A stretch of 63,611 nt of DNA, filler included, from Octopus bimaculoides (lineage: Eukaryota): NCBI RefSeq assembly GCF_001194135.2. It is 5 parts of 5 records of this genome, joined end to end, with 100 filler letters (N's around TTAATTAATTAA, not from the genome) between each part and the next. Parts side by side here need not be neighbours in the genome. Positions count along the whole stretch, not along the records: positions 21,359 to 43,899 come from NC_068995.1; positions 44,000 to 53,835 come from NC_068989.1; 3 more parts are not named here. One strand, given 5' to 3'. Below the pieces are notes generated by a model. That model ran no database searches and had not been told where the DNA came from. It saw only the letters and a program-made list of their open reading frames with translations. Shown here piece by piece: positions 40,930 to 53,835 of this stretch. Within the stretch, counting starts at the first letter, position 1; each line of letters begins with the position of its first letter. The position numbers and the translations under genes are program-made.

Positions 40930-42517
40930 AAAATCAGCTGCAAAGAATTCCGGTGCTAGAGATGTTGATGACGACGACGATGTCCATAATGATGATGACG
41001 ATGATGACGACGACGACGACGACAACGACGATGGTGACAACGACAACGACCACGACGATGACAACAACCATTAGGATGATGATTCCGATTATAATGTCGA
41101 TAATCTTATTACGAATAGTAATGAAATTGACGAGGCAAACGTGGCAATAGTGTAATAAAACTCATATCTTTGATTAACAAATTCATATATTTACCTTCAG
41201 TTTGTGCACCGCTGCAGAAAGAGTTGAATGATAATTTGGGGATTTCAAAAAAAAAATCACCTGATGCAAATTCCCAAATGATATATCATGCCAATAGATG
41301 ACAGAGTTTTCAATCACACTTTGAAGGAGGGAATCCTTTTTTTCTTCTTTTTTTTCTTTCCATATTTAATGAATCGGTAAATAATTTTCATTGCATACTA
41401 ATAGGAATTATCAATATTTGTGTTAATATATTTGTTTGTGTTCCGTATTTATTGATTTTCTCCTTCATAAATGAAAAGAAATATTAAAAACATATGTAGA
41501 GCGATATTAATACATCTATGTTTTCAAGCAAACATTTAAATGATATATGTGTATCGGTGTTATTTACAAGAAATATATTCTCATAAGGTTAATAACAAAC
41601 CATTTAACTCGAAATACGCCATGCAAACACAGTGTTATATGTACGTATGCTTATAATATATATAGTTGTATGTATATTTAAAAAGGGAGTGAAAGAGAAA
41701 CAGAGAGAAGGAGAAAGAGACGGAGATATAAAAGCATGTACTTGAAAGCTTATCCGTCTTTGAGCAGTAAATAGGATATCAAAGCCAGATATCAGAACGC
41801 AATCAACTTCGATTATATAGGGGAGACTGAACACGTTTATATATTGCGATTGTTACTCCGATGATACTGCGTGCATCATATTTAAACTGATCAACAAACT
41901 GAAGAGAATAATTATGCTGACTTATGTATGAATACATACATGTATACATACGTAGATACGTGCATGCGTAATATACGTACATGCATACATACATACATAC
42001 ATACATACATACACACACAATCACATATAAATATATATATACATAAGAAATTCAAGAAGGAAAATGCACACACTTTACATAGTTACATAGTTTTAATATA
42101 TCTTAAAATTTTATATTTTGTTAGTCGTCGACCACCTAAGCAATTTTCTAGACATCCTACTCAAAACCTACCAAAAACAATATTTGGTTTCCTTCAATGA
42201 TATCAATCTTTACACCAACATACCGCATTATTATGAATAAATGCAATCAAATTCTGGTTGGGAATTGTTCCCTCATGAGGTTTTTCACGCTAACTACTTA
42301 ATAGGATTTTATCCTATTTTTAAATTGTATATATATATATATAAGTCGCAGTCTCAAAGCGACGAAAATATTTTGGCAAATTAAATTTAAATGTTGAAGT
42401 GAATCTAACGGTTTTTGTGTGTTTCGTAAAGGGCTTATAAACACATTCCACGCTGCAATTGCTTTCGTTCCAGCACACGATCTCAGATCGGGGCGCTGCT
42501 ATGCAAGTACATCTCCG

Positions 42518-42548
<31 letters not shown>

Positions 42549-43075
42549 NNNNNNNNNNNNNNNNNNNNNNNNNNNNNNNNNNNNNNNNNNNNNNNNNNNN
42601 NNNNNNNNNNNNNNNNNNNNNNNNNNNNNNNNNNNNNNNNNNNNNNNNNNNNNNNNNNNNNNNNNNNNNNNNNNNNNNNNNNNNNNNNNNNNNNNNNNNN
42701 NNNNNNNNNNNNNNNNNNNNNNNNNNNNNNNNNNNNNNNNNNNNNNNNNNNNNNNNNNNNNNNNNNNNNNNNNNNNNNNNNNNNNNNNNNNNNNNNNNNN
42801 NNNNNNNNNNNNNNNNNNNNNNNNNNNNNNNNNNNNNNNNNNNNNNNNNNNNNNNNNNNNNNNNNNNNNNNNNNNNNNNNNNNNNNNNNNNNNATATATA
42901 TATATATATATATATATAGGATATGAGTGTTAATGGTGTCAATAAGACACAAAGGTGTCAGATAATGCTGAGTAAGTGCCATGGACAAACTATAGTTAAG
43001 CTCCAGGTTCGGTGATTATGCGAATGAGGAGTCCAACGTAGGTCATATATCAGCACCTGTATATATATAAAAAAC

Positions 43076-43899
43076 AAATTCAGAATGAGATAAAAATCCA
43101 AGGCTGTGAAAGATTTTAGAACATTTATAAATAGAAGTTCTCACAACGGTTTCCGGGATATTTTATATATCCATTCATCGTCTAGATCCTCTGATCCTCC
43201 GACGTCTAAACTTCTCCCTCTATGTCTACGTACTGGGTTAGCCAACTTCTTCGTCTGGGGGCATGGACACAACAGTAGAAAAGTCCTGAATCCAGCATGG
43301 ACCATGATAGAGTATAGAGTATATTTGTATTTTTGAGATGATGTATGTAATTGGTGAGTGTTGTAGATTTACTATGTTTATCGTATCTAAAAGAATGGAA
43401 GTGAGCAGCATATCGTTGCTTAAGACCTTCTATGAATAGGTATTCTAAAGACCTTCTGTAAAACCTTCTATTTATAAATATTCTAAAATCTTTCACAGCC
43501 TTGAATGTTTATCTCATTCTGAAAATTTATATATATGTATCTTTACTATCTTCTAATATAGAGATTTTTGAAAAACATGCACCTTATTATAATAAAGCCC
43601 TGCAAGAAGCGGGATATACTAATAATATAATTTTTTTTAATAATCCGAAATATTTTTATAATTGTAGTAATAATAATTATAATAATAATGACCTTTTTAA
43701 TAAACATAACTTTTATACTCATGATAATGCCTTCTTAGGTAAAAATAAGAATAATAAGAATAATTGGTATTATAATAAATTACCTAAACATAAACTTAAT
43801 TTTAATGGAAACAATTTTAAATATTATTTTAATATTTTTAATGATAATAATAAATTTAATAATACTAATAATAAATTCAATAATATCTATAATAAGAAC
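43076..43899. mobile_element. Penelope-like element with inverted partial-LTR architecture
   Basis: Minus ORF 43206-43496 KQRYAAHFHSFRYDKHSKSTTLTNYIHHLKNTNILYTLSWSML (GIY-YIG C-terminus). Plus ORF SLLSSNIEIFEKHAPYYNKALQEAGY (PLE RT C-terminus). About 65-bp inverted repeat 43076-43143 / 43462-43525. Confidence 0.82.
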
Positions 43900-44279
43900 N
43901 NNNNNNNNNNNNNNNNNNNNNNNNNNNNNNNNNNNNNNNNNNNTTAATTAATTAANNNNNNNNNNNNNNNNNNNNNNNNNNNNNNNNNNNNNNNNNNNNA
44001 TGTATACATACACATACATACTGGGTTGGGATGTCAACTAAATTTGTTTTTTTCCCACCATTAAATTTTAATAATGTCCAAAGTTATTTGAATTAACACG
44101 GAAAATATTTTTATCGTAATGTTTCATTTTTTTTGTAGCCCCAATTCCTCTTTTACAACTTTTGTCTAGCGTTTTCGAAATATGAGTAAATTTTAAAATT
44201 GCTGATGAAAGACTAAGGATTAAAATAAATGGACCCCACCACCAAAAAAAAAAAAAGAAAAAATTATCTGACAACCCAA

Positions 44280-44315
<36 letters not shown>

Positions 44316-44394
44316 GATCTGTATAAATGTATACATGTACATCTATATGCAATTTAATATGCGTGTAATCTTGAGTATATATATATATATATAT

Positions 44395-44590
44395 CTTGGC
44401 ACAAGGCCTGAAATTTAGGAGGATAGGCTAAGTCAATTTCATCGACCCCAGTGCATGACTGGTACTTACTTTATCGACCTCAAAAGGATAAACAGCAAAA
44501 TCAACCTCGGCAGAATTTTAACTAAGAGCGTAAAGACGGACGAAATGTCACTAAGCATTTTGTCCGGTGCAGTAACGACTCTACCAGTAT
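44395..44590 (-). mobile_element. SINE family B (Deu/Nin-like)
   Basis: ggcacaaggcctgaaattt..atcgaccccagtgcatgactggtacttactttatcgacctcaaaaggataaacagcaaaatcaacctcggcagaattt. Confidence 0.8.
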
Positions 44591-44875
44591 CGACTCTTCA
44601 AAATATTGAAATCCAAACACACAAACCTTCGCCGGTGAGATGGAGAGGTGGGTCAAATTGGCAAATTACACATTCTGGCATATAACGAATTGAATACAGG
44701 TAGAAGAGAAGTATACAGGAAAAATATAGACAGGAGTTGCCAATTGGCCCTTGACAATTTTGATGGTAGCGCTACAAAGTAGTATGAACGTTCAAGTCTC
44801 ATCTGCACAGCCGCGCCTCGAATATATAGATACAGGCATACAGGCATACAGCAAATACAACACAAACACACACAC

Positions 44876-44993
44876 GGCTTTGGCCGGTACAGGCCTATAC
44901 TAGATGACACTTGTCGATGATGATTCAACGCAGTGGGACTGAACCTGGAACAATACGGTTGAGAAACAAACTTCTTATTACACACCACACCTA
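44876..44993 (-). mobile_element. SINE family A, 5' (tRNA-like/CORE-like) part
   Basis: cgcagtgggactgaacctggaac..ggttgagaaacaaacttctta. Confidence 0.7.
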
Positions 44994-46648
44994 TCTTTTT
45001 CACGCTGTTCTCATTACAAATACGGATTGCATGTAATATATACAAGAACATATTATTATAATAATCGGCGATGTTTAGGGTGGTAAGGGAAATTTTAGTC
45101 AATCTCTCAATATTCTGTTTCACAATAAATCTGAATTAAATATTTAAAGTTCTGAGACATTGATCACTTATATTAAAGTTTCTTTCTTTAATTAAGACTG
45201 TTAAGTGTTTCATATATATATGTATATATATATGTATAGATCNNNNNNNNNNNNNNNNNNNNNNNNNNNNNNNNNNNNNNNNNNNNNNNNNNNNNNNNNN
45301 NNNNNNNNNNNNNNNNNNNNNNNNNNNNNNNNNNNNNNNNNNNNNNNNNNNNNNNNNNNNNNNNNNNNNNNNNNNNNNNNNNNNNNNNNNNNNNNNNNNN
45401 NNNNNNNNNNNNNNNNNNNNNNNNNNNNNNNNNNNNNNNNNNNNNNNNNNNNNNNNNNNNNNNNNNNNNNNNNNNNNNNNNNNNNNNNNNNNNNNNNNNN
45501 NNNNNNNNNNNNNNNNNNNNNNNNNNNNNNNNNNNNNNNNNNNNNNNNNNNNNNNNNNNNNNNNNNNNNNNNNNNNNNNNNNNNNNNNNNNNNNNNNNNN
45601 NNNNNNNNNNNNNNNNNNNNNNNNNNNNNNNNNNNNNNNNNNNNNNNNNNNNNNNNNNNNNNNNNNNNNNNNNNNNNNNNNNNNNNNNNNNNNNNNNNNN
45701 NNNNNNNNNNNNNNNNNNNNNNNNNNNNNNNNNNNNNNNNNNNNNNNNNNNNNNNNNNNNNNNNNNNNNNNNNNNNNNNNNNNNNNNNNNNNNNNNNNNN
45801 NNNNNNNNNNNNNNNNNNNNNNNNNNNNNNNNNNNNNNNNNNNNNNNNNNNNNNNNNNNNNNNNNNNNNNNNNNNNNNNNNNNNNNNNNNNNNNNNNNNN
45901 NNNNNNNNNNNNNNNNNNNNNNNNNNNNNNNNNNNNNNNNNNNNNNNNNNNNNNNNNNNNNNNNNNNNNNNNNNNNNNNNNNNNNNNNNNNNNNNNNNNN
46001 NNNNNNNNNNNNNNNNNNNNNNNNNNNNNNNNNNNNNNNNNNNNNNNNNNNNNNNNNNNNNNNNNNNNNNNNNNNNNNNNNNNNNNNNNNNTATATATAT
46101 ATATATATATATATATTCGAAGATAGATGAATGTCTTATGTCTACGCTCTCACATACGCATATACGTCAGATGAAGGCACACATATACATGCGTATGAGG
46201 GTATGAGTGAAAGGGTATATGATGTGTATTGGTCTTTAAAGTGTGTGTCTCTGTGTATGTGTGTATATGTGTGTGTGTGTGCGTTATAGTTCATCGTTTT
46301 CTATTATGATTTATTGTTCTGTCCTCTTTCGTATCAGAGATCAATGATACCACGTCGTAGTTCACTGCAGTAAATCAACGAAGGATATTTCTTACCAATT
46401 ACTCTTTTGGCTGACATTTTGATGCATCAACGATTGTTGTGTTTCAGTTCGCATCCATTTGCACATACATGCATGCATACATTCATTCATGCATTATGTA
46501 TGCGTGTATGTATGTATGTATGTATGTATGTATGTATGTATATGTATATATATATGTATGTGTATATATATATATATGTATGTATGCAGACACATACATA
46601 TANNNNNNNNNNGTATGCAGACACATACATATATATGCATATATATGT

Positions 46649-46687
<39 letters not shown>

Positions 46688-47453
46688 CCCACACACATAT
46701 ATGCTATATATATTGAGTAGTGTAGCCATTCGGCTCTCGAGTAAAATCTAGGCCCAGCCCTCAAACTACCATAGCTATTGATTGTTATGGTCTCCCTTAA
46801 GTCGTAATAGATATCTATTGAACAGATGTCAAGACTTTCAAATATCATGTCGGCATAGACGATGTACAATCCTGGATGAGCTTATATTACAACCAGAGAG
46901 AGAAAGAGAGAGAGCAAGAAGGAGAGATAGAGAGAGAAAGAGAGAGGGAGAGAGAAATAGAGAGGGAGAGAGAGAGAGAGAGGTGAGAGTAGCGACATGA
47001 TTAAATAAATTTAAGAATCGAACGAATGGTTCGTATAGACTTTATGGCAATATCACATCCTGACCAGTACCACATCAACGAAATGACCGGCTCCAGTGAA
47101 TAAATGAAGGAATTTACTTAGCGTTTTCGAGTTGCGTTTCTTAAAAATTGATCTACAAATAACACAAAGAACAAATAGGTTTTCTTACTTTAGATAATAC
47201 ACAATTTGGCAAAGTGTTTTGATTCGAAAGCTATATGACTTTCATTAGATGCAGCACTAATATAAGCATCACGATATTGACCAAATTACAGAGAGGCATA
47301 GCAGGTGACTAGGTTGTTAGAAAAGTAGTTAGATAAAAGGATAAAAGGATATATAAATAGATTAATGATGAATGTGACTGGCCAGATCAATAATAACTTG
47401 AGTGAGTGTGATTGATGCTGACGTGATGACTGACAAAGATATCGACGAAGACA

Positions 47454-47516
<63 letters not shown>

Positions 47517-47866
47517 GGTCATTAATTTGATGGCAACGCAAATATTGTAATGGACAGAGCGCTAAAGTGATAAAGAAGACTGAGTTATTTAAAGCATTAA
47601 AATGGAGAGATGATTAAGTTGAATGAAAGATTCTGCGATCGGTGCGTAGATGCGTAGAGTAGATAGATGATAAATAGCTCACCGACAAACCGATTAAACG
47701 ATCGATCAAGTCATAGACAAATACATACATGCATTGGTATATGTATTGGTGTGTGTGTGTGCCATCGCGTATATGTATGTATATACATTTAGATGTGTGT
47801 GTGTGTGTGTGCGCCTTCGCGTATATGTATATGTGTATATATGTAAGTATATACATTAAGATGTAA

Positions 47867-47933
<67 letters not shown>

Positions 47934-48143
47934 AGAAAATGCTTTGAATAATATTAAAAGATAGAAAGATAGATTGATATGGAGGATAGATAAATGATAG
48001 ATGAGTTCAGTAAACTAACCGATAGATAGCTACATAGCTGTTACAGAGGTGAGACGGTGGAAGGCCAACGAGATAAGTCGGATAAATAATGATGTACACA
48101 AATATACATATATTGAGTATACGTATATTTGTGTGTTTCGGAG

Positions 48144-48241
<98 letters not shown>

Positions 48242-48670
48242 AAAGAGAGAGAGAAAGAGAGAGAGATGGTGAGATAGATACATGTATAAGGAATATAAAG
48301 AGATATATTTATGGACGAACAAAGTTATATTAAAATTGGTACAAAAGGATATTTCGCTCTGATTATTTTTCTGTTTGTTTCATTGTGTTAGTCCGTTCCT
48401 TTTGGCAAAATATTTTATTTATCTCTTTTTTTTTTTCAGTCTATTTGGGAACCTCTCCAATTGTTCGAAAACTTATGGCGCTTGGCAAATGAATTCTGCA
48501 AAAGAAATTATGATATTATATTAGAACGTCTTGAAATGAATGTAGGATGTAAAAATAAATAAATAAATAAATAAAATACGAGAAGAAAATTGAAGATTTA
48601 TGAAAATCAAAGAATTCATTTAATTGTACAACAATTATATGTATGTGTATGTATTCATACACATGCACAC

Positions 48671-48741
<71 letters not shown>

Positions 48742-48792
48742 CCTCTCTCTCTATATATACATTCTTCGTCTTATTATAATTATAATAATAAC

Positions 48793-48834
<42 letters not shown>

Positions 48835-48847
48835 TATTATTATTATT

Positions 48848-48960
48848 ATTATTTAAACAGTTTGATTCGGCTTCATGCGGCTTAAGTTTTTCAGGTTTCT
48901 TGTTAGAGGCCTGCGAAACTTTAAGTCGCATGAAGCCGAATAAAACTGTTTTAAATAATA
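48848..48960. repeat. Near-perfect about 110-bp palindrome (tiny fold-back element)
   Basis: aaacagtttgattcggcttcatgcggcttaagtttttcagg-tttct-tgtt-agagg-cctgcgaaactttaagtcgcatgaagccgaataaaactgttt. Confidence 0.92.
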
Positions 48961-51517
48961 CTATATGTCACCATTACTGTGCTGAGTGCTTGTTTTTCGT
49001 TTGTTCAAACAACCATGCATGCAAATAATGAACATAACCTCCTTTTATGAATGTACCAAATCTAAAAACCAAAAAAAGGTGGATATGAGAGATAAAAAAT
49101 CATTGAACTGAAGTTTTTAGAAAGCATGGAAAATGCATTAATGCACAAATGAAAGCAGTAGATATGCTTCGTTCTTATTAAACTTCTCAGTGAAGCATAT
49201 TCTTCTTAGCTGGCAAGACTTTTGCCACTTAATTCCTCCGCATCATAAATTTTATTTTAATTTGCTTTGCGGGAAGAGCTATTCTAACAATGCGTCCTGC
49301 CCTAACTCTTCGAAACGCTTAGCTTAGAATAGGGGCAGCCGATGAAGGAAATGTTCTCTATGTGGCTTGTCTGTTTTCCTGTGTGTTCCTACCATTGTCC
49401 AAAAAAAAATGTTTGTTTTCCGTGCTTTGTTTATATTCTTTCATTTTGTCCACGTTTTTTTGTGACGTCCTGTATTCAGATATGCATCTATAGAGACATG
49501 TAGATGTAGGTATATACATACATGTACGTATATATGCATATACTCACATATTATTTGTATTATTACATACGTACATGCATGCATACATACATACATACAT
49601 ACATGCATACATACATACATACATTACATATATATATTATGTGTGTTTGCGTGTGTGTTTCACTTAAAACAAGATTCAGCGTATAATACTGTAGTTATCT
49701 CAACATAAATGTATGATTGTGAAATAGTGACAGTAAGCATGTATCAAATGAACTCTGTAGATGAATTTTCTTTGAAATTTTTCACGATCAGCTGGTAACT
49801 TTTATGAGATGACAAGATACCACGTAGCGATATCAGTGTAACATGAGTGAAATTCCAAACTTGCTATGTGCAGACGTTAGCTGACGTACGTCATTCTTTC
49901 GTATTAAAGTTATTGTTTTTACTTTCTAAGTACACCCAAATGTACAACAGCTGGCCAGAAAAGACACCACTGCAGTACAAAATATCAAGGAGCGTCTGAG
50001 GCATAGGGAACTTGATCTAGGAGATTAGGGGTTGTTCTCAATCGACACGCTTGGTGTAAGAATGAGAGTTTGACTGGGTTTAAGATATTAAAGCTCATAT
50101 TCCAGGTGCCTGATATTTTCTTTAATCATATTTTCTTTAATCAGACTTTTTACCTGAGAAGTGTGGGAGCATTTGAGAGCGAAATATATATAAATATTTT
50201 AGGGATACAATACCTTTTCATACGAATGACATACCTCATCCAACACATAATAAGTGTATTTCAATTCCACTCATTTTATACTTTTATACTAATCATATAT
50301 AATATATAAACTAAAAATGATGAAAATGTACAATAAAGTTAAAACATATCTATTAAGATTTTTATATATACATATATATATTCACCCACACAAACCTGTA
50401 TATATATATATATNNNNNNNNNNNNNNNNNNNNNNNNNNNNNNNNNNNNNNNNNNNNNNNNNNNNNNNNNNNNNNNNNNNNNNNNNNNNNNNNNNNNNNN
50501 NNNNNNNNNNNNNNNNNNNNNNNNNNNNNNNNNNNNNNNNNNNNNNNNNNNNNNNNNNNNNNNNNNNNNNNNNNNNNNNNNNNNNNNNATTAGTTATAAT
50601 GTACACCTACCTACCTACGTATGTATGTCTGTATGTATGTTGTGCAAACAATCAACAGTCACGTGAATTGGTGTATTAAACTATCAACCCTCTTAGCCCT
50701 TCGCCGACTACGTGCCAATAGAAATCCGTTCGATTGCGTCACACAACTGTAACACTTCCTTTTGATGTCTTACATCTTTACAGCATAGCTTTTAGATCGA
50801 CTATTTCACAAAACAAAAGAAACGGGTAAGGATGTTTTTGTTTGGGTAAGCGACATTGTTGATATTTTCGCTGATTTTGTTGTTGTTGTTGTGAGTGGCG
50901 ATGAAGATGGTGAAGGTAATGATAACACATGCTGATGATGATAATGATGATGATGATGGTGTTGATTATCTTAATAATGAAGTTACTGTAGCTGCTGGTG
51001 ACAATGATTATAATGATAATTATCTCGACGACGACGGCGCTGACAGTGACAGTGATGTGGGCTTATCATCTTTCTGATTGTAGTAACGTGGATGGTTCTG
51101 ATAATGGTGATTGCAATGATATTTACGATAGTGATAATATTCATAATGATGATAATGATGAAATTAATGTAAATCAATCAATCAATCAATCAATCTATCT
51201 ATCTATCTATCTATCTACATATTTGTACATATGTTTGTATATATATGTACACAGACTCACACACATACGCACATTAAAACTAATATATAGACAGACATCA
51301 TAAATTCAGTATCGTTTCCATTTCATTTTTTTCTGAAATCTCTTCTTATTTTACTTCCACCTTGATGAAGATATTAATCCGAAACGTCATATCTTCTATT
51401 CCTTTCATTTGTGTATGTATTTTCATTGTGAACATGCTTCAAAATTGTTGTTGTTTCGTTTCATATTTCTACTCTTATTTTTCACTTGATGAATTTCTTG
51501 CTTATCTTCATATATTA

Positions 51518-52189
51518 CAGTAACCCCTCGCCATATCGCGGTTCACCTATCGCGGTTCACCTATCGCGGTTCACCTATCGCGGTTCACCTATCATGGTTT
51601 ATTATTTAAGCTTACATCGATTCCTCCGTGGTGTGGTGTCGCATTTATAATAAAATAAATATATACAAGCGCAGGCGTGGCTGTGTGGTAAGAAACTTGC
51701 TTCCCAACCACATGGTTCCAGGTTCAGTCCCACTGCGAGGCATCTTGGGTGAGAGTCTTCTACTATAAACTCGGATCGACCAAATCTTTGTGCGTGGATT
51801 GGGTAGACGAAAACTGAAAGAAGCCCGTCGTGTAGATATATATATGTATATATATTTATGTGCGTGTGTGTGTCTTTGTGTCTGTATTTGTCCCTCCACC
51901 ATCGCTTGACAACCGATGTTGGTGTGTTTATGTCCCCGAAACTTAGCCGTTCGGGAAAAGAGACGGATAGAATAAATACTAGGCTTACAAAACAAAAGTT
52001 CTGGGGTCGATTTCTTCGACTAAAGGCGGTGCTCCAGCATGGCTAGTGTCAAATGACTGAAACGTGTAAAAAAGTAAATTATAAAAATAATAAAAAAATA
52101 CACAGTACCGTACTGTGTCTGCTTCGCCGATTTTCAACTATCGCGGGGTGTTTTGGAACGTAACACCTGTAATAGTCGTGGGATTACTG
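51518..52189. mobile_element. Tigger/pogo-like MITE with TA target, internal 14-bp tandem repeat and nested SINE
   Basis: Left ta|cagtaacccctcg; right cgtgggattactg|ca. tatcgcggttcacc x4 at 51534-51589. Confidence 0.7.
51669..52078 (+). mobile_element. Full-length tRNA-derived SINE, family A (CORE-like)
   Basis: A-box tggctgtgtgg, B-box-like ggttcagtccc, CORE-like catcttgggtgagagtctt, internal (TA)/(TG) tract, A-rich tail. Homologous fragments occur throughout the window. Confidence 0.9.
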
Positions 52190-52240
52190 CATTTACTTCA
52201 TAATCATACTTTATTTACTGCATATGTTTATGTGTGTCCA

Positions 52241-52277
<37 letters not shown>

Positions 52278-52364
52278 NNNNNNNNNNNNNNNNNNNNNNN
52301 NNNNNNNNNNNNNNNNNNNNNNNNNNNNNNNNNNNNNNNNNNNNNNNNNNNNNNNNNNNNNNNN

Positions 52365-52700
52365 ACTGCGTTCTGAGTTCAAATTCCGCCGAGGTCGACT
52401 TAGCCTTTCATCCTTTCGGGGTCGATTAGATAAATACCAGTTACGCACTGGGGTCGATATAATCGACTTAATCTGTTTGTCTATCCTTGTTTGTCCCCTC
52501 TGTGTGTAGCCCCTTGTGGGCAGAAAGAAATAGGTATTTCGTCTGCCACTACGTTCTGAGTTCAAATTCCGCCGAGGTCGACTTTGCCTTTCATCCTTTC
52601 GGGGTCAATAAATTAAGTACCAGTTGCGTACTGGGATCGATCTAATCGATTGGCCCCATCCCTCCAAATTTCGGGCCTTGTGCCTAAAGTAGAAAAGATT
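52365..52700 (+). mobile_element. Tandem pair of family B SINE bodies
   Basis: cgttctgagttcaaattccgccgaggtcgactt.gcctttcatcctttcggggtc occurs twice (about 52368 and about 52552) with different 3' ends. Confidence 0.9.
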
Positions 52701-52734
52701 ATATGCAATATAATATCTTTCTGTTAACTGTTAT

Positions 52735-53085
52735 ATTTAGCAGTTTCAGTCATTGTGGTCATGCTGGGGTACCACTTTGAAGGGTTTTAGTCAAGCAAAT
52801 CACTTCAAGTAATTATGTTTTTAAGCCTGGTACTTATTGCTATTGGTCTCTTTTGCTTAACCGCTAAGCTACTGAGATATAAATAAGCTAACACCGGCCG
52901 TTGAGCGGTGGTGGGTTGAAAAATACAGACACCCACAGACACATACTCACATATATGACAGGCTTCAACACAGTTTCAGTCTACCAAATTCACTCGGTCC
53001 ATTGAGCAACGTGCAGTGCAGTTGGCATGAACCGGAAACCACGTGATTTCAAAGAGCGTCTTAACTACTCACCAATGATTGCGCC
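52735..53085 (-). mobile_element. SINE family A, diverged
   Basis: gtttcagtcatt..catgctgg..accactttgaaggg..ccgctaag..cagtttcagtctaccaaattcactc. Confidence 0.75.
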
Positions 53086-53297
53086 TTCACAGCTAAACCA
53101 TCGCACACACAACTATAAATTATGTTATATTAGAAATACAATAGAAAACTGCTTTCGTTACTCTAAGTTCCCTGTGAAATGTAAAGTAATTGGATAGAAG
53201 TCATGTTTATAAAGGTAATAAATATTGTACTTGAGTTATTGAGTACTCTAACCTCTATTCCTTACACTACATGCAACGTAATGTAATAAACTTTAAC

Positions 53298-53354
<57 letters not shown>

Positions 53355-53412
53355 CCTACTTACCTACCTAGCTACTTACCTATCTGTCTGTCTGTCTGTC
53401 TGTCTGTGTCTG

Positions 53413-53467
<55 letters not shown>

Positions 53468-53800
53468 CGTACACATACATATACATATACATACTCTCAC
53501 TGTAGAAAGTATGCGCTTACAACAAGCAAAAAGTTCTCAATATATGAAGTAGCCTTTCCGCATCAGACGTGTACAGTTTTAAAAGCTCTTCCCTTTAGCT
53601 GAAACTCCATTATCGTCACGAAATTGCATTTTCATATCTGTGTTTTTTTGATTTCCAAAAAATTACTTTTCAATATAGACCATTATTTATATTGTCTTTT
53701 ATGAACAAATATTGTTTATTTCACATTAACTAATATAGCTCCATCTTTCTCTCTCTGTCACCCACTCTACATTTACAATATACATATGTGTATATATATA

Positions 53801-53835
<35 letters not shown>

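Noticed and set aside
40827-41150. Acidic repeat protein (ENEKEEV)n or CRISPR-like array
   Set aside because: A plain 21-bp minisatellite without spacers inside (GAT/GAC)n low-complexity DNA. No splice or domain support.
43944-43955. TTAATTAATTAA recurring four times, as a possible biological palindrome
   Set aside because: Always centred in an N block of about 100 bp; it is an assembly spacer with six-frame stops.
46720-46890. About 55 open codons on the minus strand (VYADMIFESLDICSIDIYYDLRE...)
   Set aside because: No family motif (YADM is not an RT YADD context) and no clear splice sites.
49300-49360. Type II hammerhead (cgaaac...ccgatga)
   Set aside because: Stems I and III cannot be formed. 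The surrounding 49200-49500 looks like an unclassified repeat.
51669-51745. tRNA gene
   Set aside because: A/B-box-like head runs into a SINE body; no complete cloverleaf is evident.
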